The notes beneath the pieces were generated by a model. That model saw only the letters and a program-made list of their open reading frames with translations, was not told where the DNA came from and made no database searches. This document shows, in pieces, positions 25,931 through 37,700 of a stretch of 64,000 nucleotides of DNA. The DNA comes from Candidatus Rifleibacterium sp. (GTDB taxonomy: Bacteria > Muiribacteriota > Ozemobacteria > Ozemobacterales > Ozemobacteraceae). Within the stretch, counting starts at the first letter, position 1. Each line of letters begins with the position of its first letter. The stretch is taken from the NCBI GenBank assembly GCA_035352635.1, contig DAOPYA010000009.1, positions 1,745 to 65,744 of the forward strand, read 5' to 3'. The translations under genes were made by a program, and so were the position numbers.

Positions 25931-27253
25931 ATGGACGGCCTTAACAGAATCATGTTGCAGGATCTGGTCGAAAAGGTTAATGAGCTTTGCGATAATTCTT
26001 ATGAAGCTTGTCTTCAGCTGCTGACCCGTCTGATTGCCTGCAAATCGCTGAGTGGCAACGAGGCTGAATGTGCTGAAGTGCTCGTCAGCTTTTTCAACAA
26101 CCGCAATATGCCATGTCTGGTTGATTCCAGGGGTAGTGTGCTCGCTGTCTCTCTGCCAAGAAGTTTCAATGCCGAGCCCCCGATTGACATGGCTAAAGAT
26201 GGCGGCGCCTGGCTCTTGTCACAGCTTGACAAAGCCCGCGACCAGGGTCTGAAAATTCTTGCCTTCAATGCCCATCTTGATGTGGTGGGGGCTGATAACC
26301 GTGACGAATGGCGCGATGATCCATTCAAAGCCATCAGAAAGTTCGGCCGCATTTTCGGCCGGGGTGCCTGCGACATGAAGGGTGCTCTGGCGGCCATGTC
26401 ATTTGCCATCGCGATCTCTCATGATCTTGATCGTTCGTTTGGCCGGCAATGTGTGCTGCTTGGCTGTTTCTGCACCGAAGAAGAAGTGGCTGAGGGCCTG
26501 GCTTTTAAAGAATTGTGTGAAGAATTCAGTCTTAAACCAGATATGGTTCTGCTGGGCGAACCTTCAAAAATGCAGATTGCCAGAGGGCAGCGCGGCAAGC
26601 TTGAGATGCTCGTCGAAACAACCGGCACCTGCGCTCACACTTCGGTTCCTGAAACCGGAGAAAACGCGGCCTACAAGCTGGCAAAGGCTCTGCTGGCCAT
26701 TGAAAACTTTGACGCTGAAGAGCGCTTTAAACACGGTCTTGAAGCTGAAAACATACTCAAAAGAACCACCATGGTGGCTGCCATGATCGAAAGCTGGCCG
26801 AAGAGCAAAAGCTTCGTGCCTAATCATGCCCGGGCGCATGTTACGGCACGCCTGGCCCTCGATGAAACCCTGGTCACGGTTGGTAAGCGCCTGATTGCCG
26901 ACGAAAACTGGCCCGATGCCACCATCAGACCGATCATTTATGACGGAAAATCATATAAGGGCCGATCCAGCGAATGGAAGTCAGAGCATCCGGCCTGGGA
27001 AACCTCAGCCGATCACCCGTTCTTTCATCGGCTTTCTGGTGCTTTTAAAGAGCTTTTTGATAACGAACCGGTCGATAAGATATGGCCCTTTTCAACCGAT
27101 GGGGTTTACAGCGCCGGCATGGCAGGCATTCCAACCCTTGGTATCGGCCCCGGTAACGAAGAAGTCGCGCACAAAAACGACGAATGGGTCGCTGAAGAAG
27201 AGCTAAAAAATGCGCTTAAACTCTATACTTTTCTGGCTTTTTATAAACCCTGA
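25931..27253 (+). CDS. M20-family metallopeptidase / deacylase (ArgE/DapE/YgeY-like)
   Basis: ATG 25931 follows GGGAGG. AFNAHLDVVGA...WRDDPF...GRIFGRGACDMKGALAAM is the M20 metal-site region. Confidence 0.85.
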   Translation: MDGLNRIMLQDLVEKVNELCDNSYEACLQLLTRLIACKSLSGNEAECAEVLVSFFNNRNMPCLVDSRGSVLAVSLPRSFNAEPPIDMAKDGGAWLLSQLDKARDQGLKILAFNAHLDVVGADNRDEWRDDPFKAIRKFGRIFGRGACDMKGALAAMSFAIAISHDLDRSFGRQCVLLGCFCTEEEVAEGLAFKELCEEFSLKPDMVLLGEPSKMQIARGQRGKLEMLVETTGTCAHTSVPETGENAAYKLAKALLAIENFDAEERFKHGLEAENILKRTTMVAAMIESWPKSKSFVPNHARAHVTARLALDETLVTVGKRLIADENWPDATIRPIIYDGKSYKGRSSEWKSEHPAWETSADHPFFHRLSGAFKELFDNEPVDKIWPFSTDGVYSAGMAGIPTLGIGPGNEEVAHKNDEWVAEEELKNALKLYTFLAFYKP

Positions 27254-27299
27254 ACCGGTTATCGGCCGTCGAAGAGCGAAGAGAGATGGGTGCTAAAAG

Positions 27300-28574
27300 C
27301 TACTCGAGGTTACCCAGCTGGCTGAGAAAGGCGCGATATTCACGGCGTGATGCTTCTTGAGCTTCGATACGAACCAGGTTGATCGCCTCGTGGTTCTTTT
27401 TGACCAGTTCGACTATTTCGGCGTCGAGCTTGATGTTGATGCCCATTTTTTCGAGCACGATGATCGTCTGTTCGTTTGACATGCCCTGGCGATAGGGGCG
27501 ATCTTCGGTCAGGGCCGTAAAAACATCAGCTACGGCCAGCAACCTTGACCCCAGCGGCAGGTCTTTGCGTTTCAGCCTGAACGGGTAGCCGGTGCCATCG
27601 AGGCGCTCGTGGTGATAAGAGCCATATTTATTGATTGCTGCGAGATCTTCGATGGGCTCAAGGGCGCGAAAAGTATAGAAAGTGTGGCCGCGCATCAGAT
27701 TGAATTCGTCGGTGGTCAGCTTGCCAGGTTTTTCGAGAATTTCGGCTGGAATGGCGAGTTTGCCAAGATCGTGCAGATAGCCGGCAACTTTAAGTTCAAA
27801 GCATTCATGCTCGTTGAGGCCGGCAAGAAAACCCAGATGCTCGGCGGTGGCCGAGACGCCACTTGAATGAGTGGCTGTAAAAGGGCTTCTGAAGTCGATC
27901 ATTCTTCTGATCAGGCTCGAAAAAGACAGAAGTTCGCGCTTGTTCATGTGAATGGTTTCGAGGCGCACCGACTGTTCAAGCTGTTTGCTGATCAGGGGCG
28001 ACACCAGATCGAGCCAGAAATATTCCTTTTCGGCCAGTTCATAAAAGGCCTCAAGAAGGCGCGGTTCAAACAGCGTGTCGCCGGTTTCACGAATCTTGTT
28101 TTTAATTTCTTCGATCTGGCCGAGAATACCGCGCTCATGCCTGACGAGCAGGGCGATATGATCTGCTAGAACCAGTATCCGGCTGCCCAGAGGCACGGGC
28201 AGGCCATTGCAGAAACGGCCCTGGCCGCCTGCCCACGGGGTGTGATGAAACCTGATCAGCTCTGCGGCCTTCTGCATTGGCTCAAAGATATTGATCAGCT
28301 GGTAACCCATTTCAGCGTGCGCCTGACCGTTGGCGTATTCGAACTTCATGGTTTCCATGCGTTCAGCAAGCGAAATCGCTCCGACGTCGTGCAGAATGCC
28401 GGCGCAGACGATTTCGTTCTGTTCAACGACTGGCAGTTCAAGGGCGTCGGCAATGCGCAGTGCGATCAGGGCCACCTGTTTGTGGTGATCGTTGAGAACT
28501 GGGCTGATCCAGTCAAGGATATCTGACAGGCAGTTCAGAAAATCGAAAAGTCTGATGCGGTATTGTGGTTTCAT
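27300..28574 (-). CDS. HD-GYP domain phosphodiesterase with an additional N-terminal HD-type domain
   Basis: 424 aa. The first HD reads GILHDVGAI...FHHTPW. The second, canonical one reads YLHDLGKLAIP...HHERLDGTGYPF. Confidence 0.85.
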   Translation of the reverse strand: MKPQYRIRLFDFLNCLSDILDWISPVLNDHHKQVALIALRIADALELPVVEQNEIVCAGILHDVGAISLAERMETMKFEYANGQAHAEMGYQLINIFEPMQKAAELIRFHHTPWAGGQGRFCNGLPVPLGSRILVLADHIALLVRHERGILGQIEEIKNKIRETGDTLFEPRLLEAFYELAEKEYFWLDLVSPLISKQLEQSVRLETIHMNKRELLSFSSLIRRMIDFRSPFTATHSSGVSATAEHLGFLAGLNEHECFELKVAGYLHDLGKLAIPAEILEKPGKLTTDEFNLMRGHTFYTFRALEPIEDLAAINKYGSYHHERLDGTGYPFRLKRKDLPLGSRLLAVADVFTALTEDRPYRQGMSNEQTIIVLEKMGINIKLDAEIVELVKKNHEAINLVRIEAQEASRREYRAFLSQLGNLE

Positions 28575-28790
28575 AATGTGCTTGTTAGAGCATATTATAA
28601 ACGTATCTCTGCAAAATTCATAGCGACAAGCTGCAATGAAAGTAAGCGCTCAAAGAAACCTTTCTTGAAAGATTAGATTTCAGTTCGGGCAGTTTTTCAA
28701 ACAGCATACATAAACCAGAATGGTTCGAGGCCGCTGACTTTGGCTGTTTAAAGTCTGCTCTAAATTGTTGCTGAGGCGGTCTACAGAAGT

Positions 28791-31700
28791 TCACCATTCA
28801 AAATACGCATTTTCACCTGAAACAGAGCGGCTGGTATTCGGTGTAAATATCTGAATGCCAGAACCAGAATAGGCAGTTGGTGCTGTCTGATCGGCAAAAA
28901 AGGCTTTTTCCAGCTGAATGCCGTCGAAATAGGTGGTCGCAGAAGCGGTGTAATAAGCAGGAGAAGAATTCTGCAGCTGAATGATAGTCTCACTCGCCAG
29001 ATTCTGATCGAACTGGTAGTCAAATGCCAGATATACCCGGTACCAGGTCTGATGATCGAGGTTTTCAATCGATGAATCGAGTATCATTTCGCTTTTGCCC
29101 GCGTATGCTACAGGCCCAATTGGCACAAGGGTTCCGTCTGATGCTATCTGAGCGCCAAATGATGACTTCGGCTCGCCATTTGCATCGATCAGAGTAAACT
29201 TTAATTCGGCAGAACCTGTGCCCGGGCTGATAAAAGCCGAAAGTAAATATTTTGAAGGCAACGCAAAGGTCGCAGTAGCAATCTTCTGATAAATCGAATC
29301 TTTGAGATTAAAGCCGGTTGAGACCTTGAACTCGACGAAATCGCCGGCAAGCGGTATGTCTTCGGGCACAACCGAGTATCTTACAGTTGCCGCAACCTGA
29401 TCGTCATAGTCGACCTGCCCCGGCACAATTACCTCTGAGGTATTGAGAAATTCGAGATGCGTGTTGGGGAGGGCATTGAACGAAGAAAGACTCAGAGGGT
29501 CGACATTCTCGACAAGTATGCTCGGGTAAGATGCCAGCAGCGGCCACGGATTGCCAAAGTTGTCAACCGCCCGGACTCTGAGATTGAAGGGTTTGCCCTT
29601 GTAGACGGTGCTGCCGTCTGCCGGCGCAAGAATTTCGAAAGAATCGAATTTCGGCTCTTTTTTAAACCTGAGGTCTGTTGCCGTGTCTGAGAGGCCAAAT
29701 GCGACGCTTGTCGCATCGATATCGAGCAGAGTGGGGCTTTGAGCCGTAGAATAGGTCACTTTCAGATAAAATTCCTGACTGCCCAGACTGTCAGCTTCGA
29801 AAAACTGCGTCACCAGAGCCGGCATAATAGCCGCATCAGCAGCCAGTGAGCCGGTGCCGGGCGTGACAGCAAAATCTATGTCACCCGTAAAATTGGCAAC
29901 CGGGTAACCATTCACATCTTTAATCGTAACCCTGACCTTGAGCCAGCTGTTCCAGAAAAAATCGGCTGCGGCATCAGGCAGTGGCTGTAACACCAGTTTT
30001 ACCGGTGGGCCAAACACCTTGACCGGGCCACCGATGTCACGCATGCCGGTAACATTGTCGATCGCGCTGATAAAGATTTCCTGGCTCTTGTTGTAGGTCT
30101 GGTTGAGAACCTTCGCCTCGCCGTCGATAAAATCCTCCGGGTTGATGAACTGCACCCCGAGATAGCCGGTAGATGTGGCATTCAGCTTCAGCTGAATCGG
30201 GCCATCAGGAATAAAGTCGGTCTTAACCTGCCCGTCTGCTGTAACACCAGCGACCGACATGACAAAATTAGCGTTCAATGGGGCGTAATCCGGCACGGTG
30301 ATCCGCAATGCCGAAGCTGCGCCAGGCTTCACCAGCAGTGGGCTGAAAGCCCCCCCAAAACCGCCAGAATTCACACTGACCGTATATGTTCCAGGTATGG
30401 CAATCTGGGCCGTGGTCGTGGCGTAAACACCATCAACAAAACCGGCAGCAGCTATTGTTGCCGGTATAATATCAGAATTGAAGCCAAGCGTCGCCAGTGC
30501 GCTCAGAGCAGCGTCGGTTGCCGCCCAGGTTTTAACTACGGCACCCGAAGCGTCAACAACCTTAACAAGCATGGGAAATGGCTTTCCGGCCTGCTGCGGC
30601 GAGAAGGTTTCGATGGCAAGCCCGGCAACTGCCAAAGCGCTGGTTCGGTGCAGGCTGACAACCGCCGAACCGGAGGCATCAGGAAAGGTATTGGAAATAA
30701 TTCTGAACCCGAAGTCACCCGGGCTGGCGCCGGCATCGGGCCGGTTCGCAGCCAGCCAGGTGTAGCTTTTCGCTTCTTCCCAAGCCACGGCAGGAGCAGC
30801 CGGGGTCAGCGTAACATCTGTCAGGGGGCCAAGGCTCCATGACAGGCGTTGCGAAGTGACGTTGCCGGTAAAATTCAGCTTTTCCTGGTCATAGATATCT
30901 ATGGCCGTCAACTGAGCCGGGAATGGAGTTTCATCGGTCTGGTGCGTATTTACTGCAATATTGAACCGGTGCAGTGGCCCAAAAAACTGCAGCGTACCGG
31001 AAAACCCGGAACGGTCGAGAATGTTATCGGTGGCGGTAATTCTGATTTTACCCGGCTGATCGTAATAAACGGCAGAAAGGGTTGCCACACCATCGACAAA
31101 AACGACTGTCGAAGATGAAAGTGAACCGGGGCCATTTTCGGAAAGCTGAACAATGCCGCTGTAGTCGGTTTTGACGTTGCCGATTGTGTCGTAAGCTTTT
31201 AAAAACAGAGGAAACGAAGCGTTTACCGTCTGATAATAATTGTTTGCAAAGGGTTCAACCGTTGAGGTACCGGGCACGACAGCGAAGTGCGAGAGGTTAG
31301 TTGGCTTAAAAGTCACCGTCAGCGAGCCAACCTTTCCTGGTATCACCTTGTCGGTTGCCCAGAGAGTGATGTCTCCGGCAACCCAGTTACGGGCGTAAAG
31401 TTCTTTAACGCCATTCGTAAAACCAGACGCCTGAATCGGTGCCATTGGTGGATCAACCAGCTGGCCGAGATCATCTCTGGCTTCGAGAAAAACGCCGGTA
31501 CCGTTATAGTTGGTATAAACTGCGCCATCGAGGCCAACCGCTTTTATAACCAGTTTAAATGAATCCCCGGCGGTTGGCTCGGGCGGGTAGGTCTCCAGGT
31601 CAAAACGGGCAAAGTCAGACGCGGGCGGTAGCAACGTGATATCTTTGTCGCCGGCAACCACACCAAAAGCAGCAGTAATTTTTTTGGTTTCAGGCATGGC

Positions 31701-34700
31701 TCCGCTGTATTTCAGCTCCACCGACGGTATCAGCAGCTGTCCTTGTGAAAAGCCGCCGGCACTTACCGGCAGAACCGAGGTGAAATCTGTCGACAAACCA
31801 ATGGTTTCGCTGAAGTTGGTTTTAAGATTTCCGTAGTCGTCATAAGCCTTGACAATCAGGTTAAAAGGCACGCCTTCTGTCTGTATGCTGCTGCAGCTCA
31901 ACTCAAACCGCTTGGCCGGGCCGGGTAGAACCGTCAGCGGGAACTGGTGCGTCATCGTTGCGTTAACAGTATCCACAACCTGCAGGGTCGCGGCGCCGGG
32001 AGTTATCAATCTGAACGCTGAAACAAAGGTTTTGCGGCCAGCATCTGCCGCAACAAAATGATAATCTGCCGGCAAAATTACATCCGGATGAGTGTCGTTG
32101 ACCGAAAAGCGCACCCAGCCGGCATAATCGTTGGCAACATTGCCATAAATATCAAGAATCGTTACGGTAGCCGAAAAGGGAATGCCAGAATCGGGTGACG
32201 TCGTCGAAACACTTAACAGTAGCGCAGCTGGCGGCGCACTGGTAATGGCGATATCGTTGCTGGTGCCGCTGCGATAGCTGCTTTGCCCGGTGATTTTAAC
32301 CACTTCGGCCTTGGTAAAAAAGCTGCCGGGCAGCAAATTGGCCAAACCAGTCGACCAACTGGCAGCGGGCAGTATTGACGGCGCGTATCCAGCGGTTCCA
32401 CCGCTGTGGGTATCAGTGAAGGTCATATCGCCGCTGTAGTCAGTTTTAACGTTGTTATAGACGTCAAGAGCCGTCAAAGACAAAGGAAAAATCGTGCCGG
32501 CGGCCTGTGGTGATAGCGCCAGGATGGCAAAAGCGCCCAGACGACCAGATTTAACCGTTATCGGCGCAGAAACGGTGGAAAGAGTGCCATCGGTCACGGT
32601 TATGGTATTCGTCGGGCCGTTAAACAGAATCGCAGCATTGAAAAACGTGTGCTGGCCACCGTCAGCCGACGGCACCAGAGTATATGCACCTGGAAGCAGG
32701 CCGGCAAAAGGTTCACCATCAGAGGTCGTAAATGACCAGGTTTTATCGTAGTCGTCGGCAATATTACCGTAGGCGTCGAGAGCCTTAACCGTAAAGGTAA
32801 AGGGCACACCTGCAGTTACTTCACCCGGTGCCGTTATTTCCAGGCTGGCGACAGTGCCGCCAAGAATGGCAACATCGGTCTCGGCCGTAATTGTTGGTGA
32901 GTATGACGCCAGAATAGTTGCCGGCGGGTCGACATTGCGCTCGGCAAACATCGCACCCTGAGTTGCCGGGATGTAGTCGAGTTTAACGCTTCTGACTACC
33001 GGAGTCGCGTCATAAAAATCCTGTCCGCCCCAGCTACCGATAAGATGAGCATTGAGAACCAGGCGATATTGCAGATAGCGCCGGTTGTTAAAAGCAGTCG
33101 GATTGGCGCGGTATTCGCCGGCAGTGAGAGTTAAAGGCAACGCTGTCCAGGCCTGTGCGCCAATCGTGGCCGCGTTGTTACTGCCACGCATGTACAGGGC
33201 AATCGTGCCGGTATTGGCCTCGCCTGCAACCACCATCGGGTTAGTCAGAGTCACGCTAGAAGTGCCTATGTCATAGACTACCGAGATAAATTCGCCACTC
33301 ACCGGGTAGCGATTAACTTTGAAGTCATCGATCCAGGCCATGCCTGGCCTGGACAAGTTATTGGCTCCAACAGTTATGCCCAGTTTGGTATAAACTGTGG
33401 CCGCCACATCCGGTTGCGGAACGGGCGAACTGCCATTCGAGCCGCTGAACTCGCGCCAGCTTTGACCGTCGTGACAGCCCATCGGCCTGAATCTGCCCGG
33501 GTTGGCTCCAGCGTGAGCATCTCGCCAGATGCCGACCGACAGCGGGTGAGTAGTAACTGTCGAGGGGCTGGTGCCGAATTTTCGGCGATATCGCAAATTA
33601 TTTGGTGCATTACGATACACAGACTGGGCCGAAAAAACACCAATATCCTGATTGTTGGTATAAGAGTCATCGACTCGCCGCAGCATGGACGAAACAAAAC
33701 GCGGCCTGGTAGCGTGACTGTCATCTTTCATCATTATGCCGGCATGGCAGAGCGAATAGTCCAACTGCGTATCGAACCACATGCGCCTGATGGCCAAAGT
33801 TGCATTGAAAGCAAAAATATCATTGGCTGGCCAGTCAAAATAGAGGTAATAGTAGCTGTCATCAGCATTCTCCTGCCAACGGTTATTGTCGGCAGTAGTA
33901 TCGCAAAGCAGGTTACAAATACTGCCGTCGCCAAGTGTCCAGATTCTGAGCTGACCATTCTCAACCACAAAGCTCGGGTCAGGTAAATACGGGGTGAACT
34001 TTAAAATGACAACCCCTGAGCCACCATTACCGCCGGCGCGGTTCGTTGCAGCAGTTCTGCTGCCACCACCACCACCGCCACCACGATTGGCTGTTCCTGC
34101 GCCGCCAGCGGAATTATTGCCACCGTTGCCACCAACGCCGCTGCCGCCAGTTCCGGGAGTCGCCCCCGAGCCGCCACCACCACCGGCATACCAGAGATTG
34201 ACTCCGGTAATGTTGCTCTGAATTCCTGTCCCGCCGCCGCCACCGTTACCATTGGAAGGAGAAGGACCTCCAGCTGCCCCGGCACCGCCGCCACCACCAC
34301 CGGCCCTTTGATTTGCCGTAGTACTGCCTCTGCCGGCGCCACCATTGAAGCCCTGGCCTGCTATACCCGTGCCTCCGGCCGGGTTCGTGGCAACAGTATT
34401 GCCACCGCCACCACCGCCAGATGCACCGGGGCGACCGGCAGTTCCATTGCCGCGACCACCACCGCCACCACCTGCTGCGACTATTGCGCCCAAGCTTGAA
34501 TCGCCACCGTCATTGCCAGTGTTGCCAGAAACACCAGTACCACCTGCACCCACGGCTATTGCAATAATCTGGCCTGGAGTAACCGCCATGGTGCCAGCAT
34601 ATACGCCGCCTGCACCGCCACCTGCACCACATTCGCCGTTAGCACCACCGCCGCCGCCGCCACCGCCGCCACCAACCACAAGATATTCAAGCGAAGTCAC

Positions 34701-37700
34701 TCCATCAGGCACGGTAAAACTGTGATTGCCAACTGTTGTATACTGTTGAACAACATCGCCAGAAACGCCATCCTGCCCAAAGCGCAGGACTTTCCAGATG
34801 CCGGATGGGGCCATTAACAGGTCTTCAGAAAAATCTGCGTCATACAGGCCTTTGATCGAAATTTCGCGTTTTTCGTAGTCAACCTTGAGATTGGTTGTAG
34901 AAGAAGCGACGATAAAATCGTCAGTCAGCCATTGACGGTTCTCCTGCTGGTTAAATTTGCCATCGTGCCCGGAAAGCAACAACCGTTGCGGGTCAAGCTC
35001 GCTCAAACCGGCTGCCGCCGCCGACAACGAAATAAGTTCGACCGCTTTGCGGGCATAATTATCACAGGCATCCCACCATTCGAGTTTCCATGGGAATTTC
35101 ACACCGGCTTTTTGCGGGGTATCTGCCTCGATTGTGATTTTTGCCACCGGCCCCGGGTGTGACAAAAATCCGGTTGTTCCGGTAAAGGCTGGTGCAATGT
35201 GCGGTGTCGCGACGACCGACAAAAAACCGGTACGTGTGACTATGGCCCAGAAAGTTACCTCAGACTCGTTGCTTATACTGATCGAGCTGCCATAGTTGAC
35301 ACCATCGCGCGATACCGCAATGCTGCCGTCAGAAACACTGATATCGACAATCGAAGTAACAGGGTAAGCAGTTTCTCGAATCGACAGCGACCGGTAAGTC
35401 AGTTTAAAAGGCTCTGAGGCGGTTACCTGGCGATCAGGCGGCGACAGCCAGCTGCGCAAAAAAGGAAATTCAGGAACGGTACTTCGCGGATTATCGACTC
35501 GCAGATCGTGTGACACGGCGCCGTTGGTAATCGAGCCCAGCGGGTTTGGTGTAAATGTCACCCTGACGTCAGCAGGCGCATAAGTCGGCGCTTCGTTGGG
35601 GTTACCCAGATCCCAGCGGAGATAATAAGTGTGCAGGCCACTATCTGCAGGCGCGAAGGTATACCCGTCTCCCTGAAACGTCTTGTAGTTGCTCGTTAAT
35701 GCGACTGAGGTAACATTGATTGTATTGGTGTATGGTGTCAGATTGTTATAAACATCAACAACCTTGACAATAAAAGGCGTTGTCAGCTCACTCGAGGCGT
35801 AAGCCGGAAAATCGCCGGTAATCCGGTTCGCGGCCGCGGCATTAACTTTAACCGGTATACTGTCAGCCGCTTTTAGCCCGGTAAAAGCCGCCCGCAACTT
35901 CTGCGTGCCGGCAGTGGTAAAAGTCCAGGCGGCGGTTCGGCTTGCCTGGTTGGCAAAATTAAGGGTCTGCGGCGATGTGGTTGAGGTAGCTTTAGAGTCT
36001 GTCGAACTGACAGTGACGCTGCCGGTTATATTGGCGGGGTTGCCAAAAGCGTCGGTTACTTTAACAGTGTAAGAAATTGCCGAACCGGCCGTGGTAGTGT
36101 CAACAGCCGGCTCAATTACCAGCAGACGCGCAGCTGAAGCGACTACCGTTACGTTCATGCTGCCGGAAATCGATGGCTGACTGGTATCAAAAACGTTCAG
36201 GGTATAGGCACCGGCCGTAAAATAACTGGCCTGAAAAGTTCCCAGGCCGTTGACCAGAGTTGAATCTTTCGGTATCTGGGCCAGCGGATCAAGGGTGGCA
36301 AACCTGACCGCGCCGTTATACTGCTCATTGATATCGCCTGCCGAGTTTGAGGCAGTGACGGTATAATAAAAACTCTGACCGGCAAAAAGGCTGATGCTGC
36401 CAGGAGATATGGCAAAATTTGTGGTTTCGCCGCTGACAACACTGATGACGTCTGTGGTATTGCTGTTGCCCGATAAGACATCGACAGCAGTGATGGTAAA
36501 ATCACCGAGGTTGGCCGGGGTTACTTCGTTCAAAAATCGCTTAAAACCGTTTTCAAAATCCTGAAAACTGTAATTGGCCGGGCCTGTCACCGTCGGGTCA
36601 GAGTAACTGAAGTTTATTGTGCCGGTATAACCGTTGAGAGCGTTGTCAAAGCGATCTTTGAGATAAAGATTAAATGAGAGTGAAGTGCCCAGATCTACCG
36701 ACAAAACATCGGGACGCACTTCTATCACCGGGTCGTTCGCAGCCGGCAGAATATTGACAAAATCTGAGATACCGGTTCTGGCTGAGTCTTCAACCTGAAT
36801 TTTAATCTGCTCAGCCTTGGTAAAGTTGGCGCCATTGACACCCGAAAAAGTTTTTTCGCCGGCATCGCCCGCAGTAAAGGTATAAATAGCCGGAATTTTA
36901 ACATTACCGCCAGTAGCCGTATGTGAAATTATGGTAGTGCCAGTGTAGTTGGTCAGCAGATTGCCCTGCTTGTCGCGGGCCCTGATTGTGAAAGTAAAGG
37001 TAGCACCGGCATCGGCTGCCGGCGGAGTATCGACTTCAAAACCCCCAAGACTTGAGGGCCTGACATTAAGCACCAGCAGCCCAAGTTTGGAGTTGTCGTT
37101 AATATCTTCTACCCGCAGAATCATGTTGCTGTCGGCAGCTGTCAGCACAATCGGAATGGCCAGAAAACCATCTAAAAATTTATAGCCGGTTGTCATCGGA
37201 GGCTCACTCAGACCAACACTGGGTATAATGCGGCAGGCACCGTCATAAGAAGTTAAAACTTCTTCGTTGTCATCGCGAGCCTCGATAGTCAGCGTAAAGG
37301 GCACCCCTGCCAGCTGATCATAGCCGGCATCGATCATAAAGCGCTCAAGTTCGGCCGGAGCTTCTGCATGAACGCTGATGCCCAGATCACCTGACAGAGC
37401 CGTTGGGGTATTAGCTGTTACTGTCTGGTTTCCCGTCGTGTCAAGCGCCATACTGTGCTGACATTCCCCGGCAACGATATTGCCATTCGGTATACTGACA
37501 GTGCTCAACGAAGAATTAACAGTGAAATTAGTGTTAACAGTGGTATTAAGATTGCCATAGCTGTCGACCGCCGCTACTTTCATGATGAAAGGAACGTTCT
37601 GATACTGGTCAGGATCAGCACTTAACCGCAGTCTGGCGGCAGCACCAACATTGACGTTGATGTCGGTGCTGACGGTAATGCCACTGGCTGCACCTTTTAC

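Noticed and set aside
33994-34725. Proline-rich plus-strand ORFs (33994-34221, 34345-34725)
   Set aside because: They are the reverse-complement reading of the GGN glycine codons of the polyglycine domain, not independent genes.
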